A stretch of 64,000 nt of DNA from Kiritimatiellia bacterium (GTDB lineage Bacteria; Verrucomicrobiota; Kiritimatiellia; CAIVKH01): NCBI GenBank assembly GCA_039807095.1, contig JBDHQM010000005.1, forward strand, positions 39,033 to 103,032. Direction: 5' to 3'. The notes beneath the pieces are model-generated. The model was given only the letters and a program-made list of their open reading frames with translations. It was not told the origin of the DNA and searched no databases. A program made the translations under genes and the position numbers. This document shows, one piece after another, positions 29,851 to 39,809 of the stretch (its first letter is position 1; each line of letters begins with the position of its first letter).

Positions 29851-30138
29851 ATGAGCGCAAAAGAGGCATTGGAGCGGAAATTCAAAGAGCTCGGCTATAC
29901 CCACGTCGAAATCAGCGAGACGGATAAACCGGGCGTGTTCGACGCGAAGCTCGACCCAGCGCATCTGCGCACGGAACGCGGGGACTGGCCCGCGACGGAA
30001 GGACTCCAGGAATCGCAAATCGTGTTGAACAACGTTTATGAATTCGCGGGAATGCTCATTCTGCGCGGCATTCTCTATGCGGCCGGCGAGGCGCTCAAAA
30101 AACGCGAACCTAAAAAAACGCAGGAGGCCGGCGGGTAA
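29851..30138 (+). CDS. Hypothetical phage protein
   Basis: RBS GGAG; operon coupling. Confidence 0.55.
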   Translation: MSAKEALERKFKELGYTHVEISETDKPGVFDAKLDPAHLRTERGDWPATEGLQESQIVLNNVYEFAGMLILRGILYAAGEALKKREPKKTQEAGG

Positions 30139-30630
30139 ATGGGCGACGTGCTCATAGAGCGCGGCGCGTTCGCGCAGCTCCAGGAGAGTGTGGCCAGCGC
30201 ACTGCGGGAAGACCGCTATTTTTCGGACATCCGCGTCATCACGGAGCGCACCCACGACCTCGAAAACGAAATCCAGCGCGGATTGAGCGGTCTCGCGAAG
30301 TTTGGCGATGCGGCGGGCATTGTCGCCATCGTCGTGACGCCGCGCGGCAAGGTCGGCAAACCTAATCTGAGCGGCCCGCATTTTGACGATGTAACGGTGA
30401 TTGTCCGCGTGCTCGAAAACGTCAACGTTAATATGGGAAAAATCGGAACGAAGAAACCCGCCTCGGAATGCGCGGAGGTAATCGCCTCCATCCTGCACCA
30501 CCTGATGATCCCCGGTTTCCACGCCTCGCTCAACATCGAGGACGTGGGCATCGTCTCGGTTCCTCAACAACACCTGCTCGCCTACGACGTGCGCGGCAGT
30601 ACGCAAGTAACGATTAAACGAAGGGAATAA
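30139..30630 (+). CDS. Putative tail terminator/completion protein
   Basis: Size and position before tube gene. Confidence 0.5.
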   Translation: MGDVLIERGAFAQLQESVASALREDRYFSDIRVITERTHDLENEIQRGLSGLAKFGDAAGIVAIVVTPRGKVGKPNLSGPHFDDVTVIVRVLENVNVNMGKIGTKKPASECAEVIASILHHLMIPGFHASLNIEDVGIVSVPQQHLLAYDVRGSTQVTIKRRE

Positions 30631-30633
30631 GAT

Positions 30634-31572
30634 ATGGCTACCATTGATCGCACAACAATTCTGAAAGGCCCGGCTGTCGTGATATTTAACTCCGTGAATT
30701 ATTACACGGAAGACGACATCACGCTGACGCCGCGCATCGAAACCTTCGATGTGCCCAGCTCCATTAACGGGACGGAATCACAACGCTACTCCAACATCGT
30801 GATGGAGGTCTCGTTCAAGCCTAAGGGCGAATGGAGCCACGCCAAAGCGCTCTGGGCGGCGTTCGCCAACCCCGTGATCGGCTCCTCGATCTATGGCGGC
30901 TCGGACAAGGACATCGTGATCCATTCGCTGGATGGCCGAAAGATGACACTGAAATGTGCGGCGTGCGTCTCGCCGCCTGAACTGCATTTCTCCACCGTCA
31001 ACACAATGGTCGGAAGCGTAACATTCCGTGCACTCGGAGAGAATAATGTAGACTGGACAGACGCCTCGAAGCGCATCGTCGAATCGGCGCAGGCGTTTGC
31101 CGTGGCTGCGCAAAATCCCGACTCGGTGATTACTCAGCCCTACAAGGTGAGCTGGGGCAGTTCGCCCTTTGCGAATATGGAAACAGAAGACGGCATTCGC
31201 CTGTCGCTCGATGTGTCGCTCAACCCGACCACCGTGGACAGTTATGGGATTGTGGATGAAACGATTGAAAACGTCGTGGTCTCCGCGCGCTTCATTCCCG
31301 TGGGCCTCACCCAGACACAATACCTCACACTGCTCAAGATTCAGGGTGCGGGGGTCACGCGCGGCGCAAGCCTCGGCGCGGTGAACTCCAACACGCTCGA
31401 AGTGGTCGGCACCGGGGTCTATGCCGGAGTCAATGGCGCGGCTCCCACGCAAGGTGTTTTCCGATACGGCCGCAACGTTCTTCGCCTCGGGGAAGTCGCG
31501 ATGCAGGCGCAGCGAAAATTCAGCGCAGGCGTCGCGCAGCCGCTCTTTGTTTTGGCCGACGCAAAGCCATAA
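30634..31572 (+). CDS. Putative major tail tube protein
   Basis: ILKGPA N-terminus; two-fold internal similarity; position. Confidence 0.6.
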   Translation: MATIDRTTILKGPAVVIFNSVNYYTEDDITLTPRIETFDVPSSINGTESQRYSNIVMEVSFKPKGEWSHAKALWAAFANPVIGSSIYGGSDKDIVIHSLDGRKMTLKCAACVSPPELHFSTVNTMVGSVTFRALGENNVDWTDASKRIVESAQAFAVAAQNPDSVITQPYKVSWGSSPFANMETEDGIRLSLDVSLNPTTVDSYGIVDETIENVVVSARFIPVGLTQTQYLTLLKIQGAGVTRGASLGAVNSNTLEVVGTGVYAGVNGAAPTQGVFRYGRNVLRLGEVAMQAQRKFSAGVAQPLFVLADAKP

Positions 31573-31587
31573 CGCTGGAGATGCCGC

Positions 31588-31998
31588 GTGAGGATTTGGA
31601 TAGACACCTATCAACTCGCCGATGAACACACCGAGGGCGTGAGTAACTTCTACTCGCGCCCCCGACGCAATCTCGAAATCCGCGAAGGTGTTCGCCGCGC
31701 TCACATCGGGCTTGTGGATCGCGCCAATCAACGGATGCAGCATTCGTTCAACATCAAAAGAACCCACGCCGACGCGGCGAGCGCGGAAATCTATATGTTG
31801 GATCACCCCGCCGATGTTCCGGCGCAGGGGGTGCTTAAGTTCGAATTCACATTCCCGGACGGCACGAAGGCGTACCGCTGGATTGTGGCCGCAGCGATAG
31901 AAGCAATGACCGTTTCCTACTCCGGCTGCCTGACGCATCACTCATACACGATTATCGGCAGCGAACTTCTCAAGGTGGATCCCGGCCATGCAAATTAA
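31588..31998 (+). CDS. Putative tail protein
   Basis: Position; beta-rich. Confidence 0.45.
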   Translation: MRIWIDTYQLADEHTEGVSNFYSRPRRNLEIREGVRRAHIGLVDRANQRMQHSFNIKRTHADAASAEIYMLDHPADVPAQGVLKFEFTFPDGTKAYRWIVAAAIEAMTVSYSGCLTHHSYTIIGSELLKVDPGHAN

Positions 31999-32659
31999 GC
32001 GCGTCAAAATTCGCTGCGCTGTGGATGTCGGCGCGCGCACGGTGAGCGATGTTTCAACCGGGTCGTATCCGCAATTTCCAGCCGGGTCCGATGTGCAATT
32101 TGAATTCGCCTTTTTCTATCGCGGCGCCCTCCTGGACATCACCCCGTGGGACGCGCTCACCGTGAGCGTAATCGATGCGTCGGACATACTGGGGCCGCGC
32201 CTAATGGATAAGCCCATCTCCAAATCTCCCGGCGTTGTGCCGGAAGAGAAGCTGGACACATCGCTCGATAAAACGAGCTGGGCCGATGGCTCCAAACAAC
32301 ACGCGCTCATCACGTTCGACGCGACTCAAACGATGTACTGCAATCCAGGCGTTGGCCTCTACGCCCTACCGCTGTGGCTTCTCTTGCGCGTCACCACGAG
32401 CGGCTCCGAACAATTTACGGTGGTAGGCGCTAAGGCAGTCGCGACAAAAGACGGTCATTCGGGCGGCGGCGCCCCGGAGCCCGGCGATCCGCAGTATTAC
32501 ACCAAGGCCGAAATTGATGCCTTATTTCTCAAAAAGAGCGGCCTCGAGCTCTCGTTTCAAGCCGTCAAAATTTGGAACCCAGATCAGGGCAAATATCAAT
32601 TTCTCACGCTGCGCGGCCTTGCGGGCCACGAGGAGGTTTCCGTTGCAAACGAAGTTTAG
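31988..32659 (+). CDS. Putative baseplate/fibre attachment protein (BppU-like)
   Basis: YYTKAEIDALF fibre motif. Confidence 0.5.
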   Translation: MQIKRVKIRCAVDVGARTVSDVSTGSYPQFPAGSDVQFEFAFFYRGALLDITPWDALTVSVIDASDILGPRLMDKPISKSPGVVPEEKLDTSLDKTSWADGSKQHALITFDATQTMYCNPGVGLYALPLWLLLRVTTSGSEQFTVVGAKAVATKDGHSGGGAPEPGDPQYYTKAEIDALFLKKSGLELSFQAVKIWNPDQGKYQFLTLRGLAGHEEVSVANEV

Positions 32660-34799
32660 AGTATTTCTTTTATTGTCCGCCCTGGGCGCATCCTCAGCAT
32701 TCGGCCAGTTGGCAGTGGATCACGCGGGCGGTGCGACAGCCGTCGGCGCATTTGGAGCCACGCTCAACGCGCGCGTTTCGGGCAGCGGCGGCGATGACCC
32801 GCAGCTCGTTATTTTTTGGGGCGCAACGGATGGCGGCACGTCTGCCGCTTCGTGGGCAGCGGCCGAGATATTCGGCGCCGTGGGCGATGGCGAATATTTT
32901 GTTCCCGTCGTCGGCCTTGCCCAAGGCACGCCATACTACTATCGCGCGTGGGTTTCCAACGCGGCCGGTCAGGCGTGGGCCAGCGCATCGTCAAGTTTCA
33001 CCACACGCACCTCCGTTGTTTCTGCGCGCAGCCTGATGATTGGCCCAACAAATGGCGCGATTGTGAATGCGCCGGATTTTGCCGCTGCAAACCGGTTGCA
33101 CGATTACGACACAGGCGATTCAACCTTTCTGCGGCGCGATGGGAAACATCCGGCGTCGTCGTTACAGGTCCGCTCACTGAGCGGGGTTTCCAATGTGATT
33201 GTCAACGGCGCATTTTATGGTGATGGAGGCTGGCTATTTGTCGGAAACGGCCAATACAACAACGGGCTTTCTCGCGGGCAATTCTTACCCGGCAATTTCG
33301 GGCGAATCGCCCAAGTGCTTCCGATTCCGGTCGGCACCTATGAGCTACGCATCAAAACTATCGCGTCAAACACAAACACCATCCTCATTTCAACGGGATT
33401 TGCGACATACCAAATGCACGTCCCCAGTGGCACCCACACCACAACCAACATCATCATCGTGGGCGGTTCCCTCGCGTTCGAGGCCACGCCACCATCGGAC
33501 ATAATCGGGATTGATGACGTTGCCCTTCTCACGCTCCCCGGTGGCCCAATCTCGGGCGGCCCGGCGGCGTTTGAATCGCTCGTTGTGCGCGCGCGGCCGC
33601 GCGTGATGGAAACTGATGTTGCGCTGCTATCTGATTTGGATGAACTGGCAGAGGAGAGCGCCGCAGGTTTCGTCGTGAAAGTCGGAAGCGTTGTGCTCTA
33701 CGATCAGGATTTGTCCGGGCCGTGGACCCCCGTTTTGGGCGGGGCATGGACCAACGCAGAAGGCTGGTGGACCACCGCAACGCCCACGACCAACGGGCTC
33801 CTTGCGGCCGATAATGCCGTTGTCGTGAGCCCACTCCTCACCAACGGTTATATCTATGGGACGTACGCAGGCGCAACGCCGCGCTCGCTCGTTGAGTTTC
33901 CAGAGATTGTTGCAGAAAACTCGACTAATCTGCTGGACTGGTCGGAAGCTATGCGCACTGCGGACGCGTCATATTTTCGCCTGAACTTCCGCAGCAAACT
34001 GGCCTTACCGACAGATGAAGTGTTTGATGGGGTGCTCAGCAAGATCACGATCTACGGGTGGGAGTTCCCGCAATATGCGCTTAAGACGCAAGACGTGAGC
34101 GGAACGTCTATTCGCGTGGCTCCAGCGGTGGCGCCCGACGAGCCAGTGCAAAAATCGCAACTCGACGCACCCGTCGCCGCGCTCAATGTTCGGGTGGATA
34201 ACTGGAGTCAAAACCGCGCGGTGTCGGTGATCCGAGACGGCGGGCATGGTGTGGCCGTTGGGGATTATTGGTTTGTACGCGCAGACGAAATCTACCGCGT
34301 GGAATTCGGTGGCAATTCGGTCTTTGAGTTGTATTATGGCAGCGCGGCCTCGCCGCAGATCCTCGGGTTTTCGATGGCGCCCACTAGTCTCTCACTGGTA
34401 GTGCGCGGCACCGCTAACTATGCGGTCACCCCGTTTTGGAGCACCAACGGAAACGATTGGGTCGCATTCTCAACCAATGAATTTCACTCCACATTTCCGG
34501 TTCTTTCGAACAACACGTACACGCTGACTGTCCCGTTTGTGGCCAGCAATCGTTACATCTGGTATCGCGCAGAGTCGGCGTCAGGCTCCTCGAATGACTC
34601 GGGAGCGCGATTCCGCGTGCCGGTGAGCGCGCCGAACCTTTGGTATTTCTCGACGGCAATCCCCAGCAACTCTCTCGCAGCGGCGAAACCGCGAACGATC
34701 GTGGCCGCCGCAACAAATGTATGGCTCTGCGTGGATGAAAATTTCCTCGGCCCCGGAACCAATTGGTTGAAACTCACAGGAACGGTGGTGACGCCATGA
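32643..34799 (+). CDS. Signal-peptide-bearing multidomain fibre/adhesin-like protein
   Basis: RBS GAGGAGG, TTG start, FLLLSALGASSAFG signal, FN3-like GL..GT.YYYR domain. Confidence 0.65.
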   Translation: MQTKFRVFLLLSALGASSAFGQLAVDHAGGATAVGAFGATLNARVSGSGGDDPQLVIFWGATDGGTSAASWAAAEIFGAVGDGEYFVPVVGLAQGTPYYYRAWVSNAAGQAWASASSSFTTRTSVVSARSLMIGPTNGAIVNAPDFAAANRLHDYDTGDSTFLRRDGKHPASSLQVRSLSGVSNVIVNGAFYGDGGWLFVGNGQYNNGLSRGQFLPGNFGRIAQVLPIPVGTYELRIKTIASNTNTILISTGFATYQMHVPSGTHTTTNIIIVGGSLAFEATPPSDIIGIDDVALLTLPGGPISGGPAAFESLVVRARPRVMETDVALLSDLDELAEESAAGFVVKVGSVVLYDQDLSGPWTPVLGGAWTNAEGWWTTATPTTNGLLAADNAVVVSPLLTNGYIYGTYAGATPRSLVEFPEIVAENSTNLLDWSEAMRTADASYFRLNFRSKLALPTDEVFDGVLSKITIYGWEFPQYALKTQDVSGTSIRVAPAVAPDEPVQKSQLDAPVAALNVRVDNWSQNRAVSVIRDGGHGVAVGDYWFVRADEIYRVEFGGNSVFELYYGSAASPQILGFSMAPTSLSLVVRGTANYAVTPFWSTNGNDWVAFSTNEFHSTFPVLSNNTYTLTVPFVASNRYIWYRAESASGSSNDSGARFRVPVSAPNLWYFSTAIPSNSLAAAKPRTIVAAATNVWLCVDENFLGPGTNWLKLTGTVVTP

Positions 34800-36151
34800 A
34801 CTGGAAATCGCTTGCGCTGTGTCTGGTGCTTGTGCTCGCTGTCGGCGCACACGCTGACAATTGGGTTCCGGTCTATACCTCCCGATGGGATGTGGCAGAT
34901 AGCTTCCGTATCTCGCAGCGTGTGGAATGGTTTCAAGCCTCCACCGTCCGCCGCGAATATCAATTTCACGTGCGCGGCGCGCCGTATGCGTTTCCAAGCA
35001 ATGCGCTCGTGACGTGGGATGTCGTAGCCGAAAAAGACAATGAGGCGGTGTACGTTGTTCAGCACGGCACGCTGGGCACCCAGCCTGGCACCGTACGCTT
35101 TGAACTCTCGCCGGATGAGTCAAATCTCCCCGAGGGTTACTATCTCGGCTTTATTAATGTCTGGGAGGAGGAGAACGGCGAAGTGCGCCAGGTGGACCGC
35201 CTGGCGCGACAACGCATCGAAGTTAAGTTCTCCACCGATTCGCGCGCTCACGACATGGTCGGACCGCTCACATGGTTCTATGGCGAAGTCCTAGCGGGTG
35301 GACGTTTGGTGTATGCGGGCACAAACCGCTACGCGCTCATGGTGCGGCACATGGGGAGCGAAGCACCGGTCAATGGGCTCCTCGTAACGACGCCCGGCAT
35401 CGGGCACGCCGGCGGCATTTTGATGCATCTCCTATCCAAGCGCAAAGCGCCCGACGATGACGAGGAGGGCGTGGAGATCGATGGCGATGAAGAGGATGGC
35501 GGGGAAGGCGAAGGCGGCGGGGAAGAAAGACCGCGCTCTAATTTGGTCTCTCGCTTTATAGTCCGCGCAGATGGGCTCGTTGGGATCAATGTCGTGAATC
35601 CGCAGTACCCGCTTCACGTGGCCGGGGATACGCGCATAAGCGGCGATTTGCTGATGCGAGGCACGGCTATTAAAGACCCGTCTTTTGATCCTGATTCATG
35701 GGGTGATGTCGGATTTTCCAACTGGGGACCAGATGCATGGCTTCGGAATGCGAGTGTCAAAAAATTGAGGGTTTCAAAAAATGTGGAGCTGCGCGGATCC
35801 GTCGGGATAGGCACCACAAACTACTACGCGATTTTGAATGTGGTTGATCCCGCCCCGTATGCGAGCAAATACGCCGTGAGAGTGGTCAGCGAGGGCGGAA
35901 ACGATATGGCGTTAGGCATGCTCGTTAACTTACCGAACGCCACGCACCCCGATGCAATCATTGCGCACTTTGCGTCTGGCCCAGGAGGCAGCAACGCGCC
36001 GCACTCCCGCCTCATTATACGCGGCAATGGATACGTTGGAATTGGCACCGCTCACCCGGAATCAGAGCTGGATGTTGCAGGCACTCTCGATGCTGATGCC
36101 ATCGGCGCTCGGTTGCTGCAATTTTTGGATGATCGCTACGGGGGGCCGTGA
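34796..36151 (+). CDS. Signal-peptide-bearing fibre-like protein with VGIGT repeats
   Basis: MNWKSLALCLVLVLAVGAHA; three G.VGI(G/N) repeats; acidic linker. Confidence 0.65.
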   Translation: MNWKSLALCLVLVLAVGAHADNWVPVYTSRWDVADSFRISQRVEWFQASTVRREYQFHVRGAPYAFPSNALVTWDVVAEKDNEAVYVVQHGTLGTQPGTVRFELSPDESNLPEGYYLGFINVWEEENGEVRQVDRLARQRIEVKFSTDSRAHDMVGPLTWFYGEVLAGGRLVYAGTNRYALMVRHMGSEAPVNGLLVTTPGIGHAGGILMHLLSKRKAPDDDEEGVEIDGDEEDGGEGEGGGEERPRSNLVSRFIVRADGLVGINVVNPQYPLHVAGDTRISGDLLMRGTAIKDPSFDPDSWGDVGFSNWGPDAWLRNASVKKLRVSKNVELRGSVGIGTTNYYAILNVVDPAPYASKYAVRVVSEGGNDMALGMLVNLPNATHPDAIIAHFASGPGGSNAPHSRLIIRGNGYVGIGTAHPESELDVAGTLDADAIGARLLQFLDDRYGGP

Positions 36152-36154
36152 GCC

Positions 36155-36991
36155 ATGCCCCAAATTCGCCGCCCCATTTCCTTCCCCGAGGCCGTCAAAC
36201 GATTGCAGCGGCGCGGCCTCCTGCCAGCCGACTTGTCCGCAAGCCAACTCGCCAAAATTTCGGCGGATATACGCCGCGTGGCGGAGTTCTCCGCCCGCGT
36301 AACCAACGAGCACTTTCTCAACCTCGCGCATGAGGTGATTTCAAAAATCGTGGATCCCGCCCTCACCGGACGCGCTCCGGGTTCCTACATGGACAAGGCG
36401 ACGGCGCGGCTGGAGCTGCGGAAATATCTCCAAGCGATCGGTTATGTTCCGGACACGGGCGCCGAGGGTTCCATCAAAGACCTCGCAAGCGACGCCCGTT
36501 TGAATCTCATTATCGAGACGCGAACCCAGATGATGCAGGGCGCATCCCGCTACGAGCAATCGCGCGATGCGGCCGTGCTACGGACGTTCCCCTGTGAGGA
36601 ACTCTATCGCCTCGAACTCCGAAAAGAGCCGCGAGACTGGAAGCGCCGGTGGTCCGAAAATGGGGGGAAGTTTTATGGCCCGAAAGACCGGATGATTGCC
36701 CGCAAAGACGATTCGATCTGGGAAAAGATTTCCGCGTTCGGCAATCCATATCCGCCGTTCGATTACAATTCCGGCATGTGGACGATCGGTGTATCGCGCC
36801 GCGAAGCCATCGCGCTGGGCGTGATCGAGCCGGGCGCGGTGATCGCACCGAAGCTGGTCAAAGAGCGCGTCGATCTGACGGCCGCCGTCGGAGACCACAA
36901 CCCCGCGCTCATCAACGCGGCGCTTGAGTCGCTCAAAAAAGCGGGCATTGATGCCATCGTTCGCGACGGCCACATTGAGGAGCGCCAATGA
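36155..36991 (+). CDS. Mu gpF-like head morphogenesis protein
   Basis: SFPEAV, FSARV, RLNLIIET, YPPFDYNSG. Confidence 0.8.
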   Translation: MPQIRRPISFPEAVKRLQRRGLLPADLSASQLAKISADIRRVAEFSARVTNEHFLNLAHEVISKIVDPALTGRAPGSYMDKATARLELRKYLQAIGYVPDTGAEGSIKDLASDARLNLIIETRTQMMQGASRYEQSRDAAVLRTFPCEELYRLELRKEPRDWKRRWSENGGKFYGPKDRMIARKDDSIWEKISAFGNPYPPFDYNSGMWTIGVSRREAIALGVIEPGAVIAPKLVKERVDLTAAVGDHNPALINAALESLKKAGIDAIVRDGHIEERQ

Positions 36992-37620
36992 CCCGCCCCG
37001 TTTACAGTCTGACAATCACCGATCCAGCACTAGATTATCTCGATCGCCTCACGCTGGGAATCGAAACGATGGCCTACGGAAAAGCGGTAGGTGAGGCGGG
37101 GGTCGTAGCGGTACAGCGTCGCCTGTCGGAAAAAAACGTAGACCGCGAAAGCCACTCCACGGCGCGCCGGTTGGGTGCGACGCCGAGCGGTCTGTTTGCG
37201 GACATGGCGCGCAGCATCGGCTACGGATTTATGACCTCGCGCGATGGCGTAGTCATCTCGATCAATCATGTCGCCGCCTCCCAGCGTTTCCACGGCGGCC
37301 GCATCGAACCATCCGCCGGGAAAACCTATCTCACCATCCCCGCCATCGCGGAAGCGTACGGCGTCCGCGCTCCGGATGCGCCGGTGGGACTCACGCCCAT
37401 GATTCGCCGGGATCCCGCAACAGGCACGGCGCGTGCAGTGGCGCTGCAAGAGGATAACACAGGGCCGTCACGCGGGAAAAAGAAGGCCCAACCGGGCCGC
37501 GTCTGGTACTGGCTGGTCGAATCCGTGGAACAGCGCGGCGATCCCAAAATGCTGCCGGACGACGACGTGCTCGCCGCCGCCGTTTCCGACGCCATCGCGA
37601 CGTGGTTTGAGGAGGTGTAG
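36988..37620 (+). CDS. Mu gpG-like virion morphogenesis protein
   Basis: FHGGRI.P...TYLTIP. Confidence 0.7.
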   Translation: MTRPVYSLTITDPALDYLDRLTLGIETMAYGKAVGEAGVVAVQRRLSEKNVDRESHSTARRLGATPSGLFADMARSIGYGFMTSRDGVVISINHVAASQRFHGGRIEPSAGKTYLTIPAIAEAYGVRAPDAPVGLTPMIRRDPATGTARAVALQEDNTGPSRGKKKAQPGRVWYWLVESVEQRGDPKMLPDDDVLAAAVSDAIATWFEEV

Positions 37621-37622
37621 CA

Positions 37623-39809
37623 GTGGCTGACAAACGAGTAGATATTGAGATCGGCGTCCGCAAAGAAGGGCGAGGCGATGAAGAGGCGCGCGAAGGCTTG
37701 CGCGACCTCAGCGCAGCAGCAGGGGAAGCGCAAGAACAGCTCGACAACCTCCAAATCCCGTCTCTTGATGGCCTCGGTGAGGCGGCAAAAGCAGAGGCGG
37801 GAAAAGTTGCAGACGCAGCGGCCGCAATTGCGGCTTCCGGTGAAGACGCAAACAAGGCTGGCGTGAATTTCGGCGCGCTCTCCAGAACTCTATCCGGCCT
37901 CAATCAGATCAAATCCGATGATGTCATTACCCAATTCAAGGGCCTCGGCTCAACCCTGCAAAGCGTCGCTTCTCTTGGCGTCGGCGTACTGGGGCCTGGC
38001 AGCGCCTTCGTCGGCGTGATCGCCGCCGCTGCTGGCGCAATCGGCATCATCGCGTCCGCATGGGAAAAAGAATCGCCCGAAGTCCTTGCCGAAATGGACC
38101 GCCTCCGCACCGGCGCCGAAGCGGTGAAAAAAGACCTCACCGACCTCTCGAATGTGAAGCCCAATTTCGAGAGCGTCATTGCCTCGATTCAAGAGGTTTA
38201 CGACGAATATAAAAAAATGGGCGAAGCCGCAGATCGTTCCTTTGAATTGCAGAAAAAAACAACGGACGCGAAAGGCCAATTAGATAAAGCCAATCTTTTT
38301 CTGTCACAAGAACGTTCCGTTGCGGCAGTTCCCGATGAAGCAAAGCCTTTCGTCCGCGAGGCGTTCGCGGAGCGGGAGAGGCAACTCAATATCGAACAGT
38401 CTATTACTCGGCTCACGCAAGATCGCGAAAACAACGCGCGGAAATTAGCACAAGAAATTGAGAAGCGCGCTTTGATACAAGAGAGGTTGACCGTCATCGA
38501 TAAAGAGATCGAGCGCATCGAGACAGAGAATGCGCGCCGTCGCGTACAAGATGCCGAGTGGGCGCGTGCTCCCATTTCCCCAATCGCGGGTGCGATGTTT
38601 CCATCCGATGTTCCGCAGCTTCCGATTTCAACTCTCCCACTTGAGAAGAAACGCGCAGAAATATCACTTAAATTAAATGAAGACGGCGAGAATCTGGAGA
38701 CTATTGAAACAAAGATCGCGGAGCTAAAACAAGAAATCGAAAACCTCGATACACAAATCCAAGCAGTTGAAGTTTCCGCGCAGGCCATGGACATTACGGC
38801 GCTTCCAAAGGCGGAGGCGGCCATTTCGGCGCTCGCTCCATTTTTGCAGTCAGCCCAAGAGGCAGTATCCGCCGCCGCCGCGTCCGGTGAAAACATTCCT
38901 CTCCAAGACGCGCTCAAACAACTGCGAGACCTGCAAGCCGTCATGAGTGATCTGCGTGGAGCCGTCCCGCAAACCGGGGAAATCGGCGATGTGTTGAAAC
39001 GCGCGGCCGAGTCCATCGAGAATGGCGCGGAAGCGTTGCAGAATGCAGCCCCGCCGCTCGATGAGGCTGCGAATGGCGTGGAATCCGGCGCGCAAGCCCT
39101 CACAGACGCCGCAGCCGCTGCCGCAGCCGCACTTGCGCCCGCGCTCGATCCCATGGCCGTAGCCATCCGCGAAGGCGCAGCCAATCTTGAACAAAATCTC
39201 GCCGGTTCGCTCGAAGCCCCTGCCGCCGCCCTGGAGTCCGGAGCCCAAGCCCTCACAGACGCCGCAGCCGCTGCCGCAGCCGCACTTGCGCCCGCGCTCG
39301 ATCCCGTGGCCGGAGCCCTCCGCGAAGGCGCAGCCAATCTTGAACAAAATCTCTCCGGCTCGCTCGAAGCCCCTGCCGCCGCCCTGGAGTCCGGCGTACA
39401 AGCAATCACAGACGCCGCAGCCAATGCCGGAGCCTCCGTTAGCACAGAGGGCGCGGCAGCGGCCAACGCTCTCAGAACGGCAGGGTCCGAAATTGGCGCG
39501 TCGGTCGGCGCACTCGGCGCGGAGGCGAAAAAGGGGGCCAATGATGCGGTCGCAAAAATAGAGGAAATTGGCGCCCGTCTCGCAGCCGATTTGCAGACAG
39601 GCGCACAAAGGATTGATGGCGATGCCGCCGCGTTTCAAGATCGCGTCGGTCAGTCCATTCAGGGCATGACAACCTCTGTAGATTCGATGGGCCGCGAGGT
39701 CGTGCGCGCGTTCGATGAAATCACCGCACGCATTAATATTATCGCCGCCCAGAGCCGCAATGCTATGCAACTCGCAGACCTAGCCCTTCAACAGGTGCTC
39801 AACTCGTGA
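37623..39809 (+). CDS. Tape measure-like protein
   Basis: Long Ala-rich coiled coil with hydrophobic segment and tandem repeats. Confidence 0.7.
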   Translation: MADKRVDIEIGVRKEGRGDEEAREGLRDLSAAAGEAQEQLDNLQIPSLDGLGEAAKAEAGKVADAAAAIAASGEDANKAGVNFGALSRTLSGLNQIKSDDVITQFKGLGSTLQSVASLGVGVLGPGSAFVGVIAAAAGAIGIIASAWEKESPEVLAEMDRLRTGAEAVKKDLTDLSNVKPNFESVIASIQEVYDEYKKMGEAADRSFELQKKTTDAKGQLDKANLFLSQERSVAAVPDEAKPFVREAFAERERQLNIEQSITRLTQDRENNARKLAQEIEKRALIQERLTVIDKEIERIETENARRRVQDAEWARAPISPIAGAMFPSDVPQLPISTLPLEKKRAEISLKLNEDGENLETIETKIAELKQEIENLDTQIQAVEVSAQAMDITALPKAEAAISALAPFLQSAQEAVSAAAASGENIPLQDALKQLRDLQAVMSDLRGAVPQTGEIGDVLKRAAESIENGAEALQNAAPPLDEAANGVESGAQALTDAAAAAAAALAPALDPMAVAIREGAANLEQNLAGSLEAPAAALESGAQALTDAAAAAAAALAPALDPVAGALREGAANLEQNLSGSLEAPAAALESGVQAITDAAANAGASVSTEGAAAANALRTAGSEIGASVGALGAEAKKGANDAVAKIEEIGARLAADLQTGAQRIDGDAAAFQDRVGQSIQGMTTSVDSMGREVVRAFDEITARINIIAAQSRNAMQLADLALQQVLNS
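39080..39425 (+). repeat. 153 bp (51 aa) tandem repeat, ~2.3 copies
   Basis: Units begin at 39080, 39233, 39386. Confidence 0.9.

Noticed and set aside
38198-39770. Long antisense ORFs opposite the tape measure (and similar shadows elsewhere)
   Set aside because: Typical high-GC shadow frames with no motifs.
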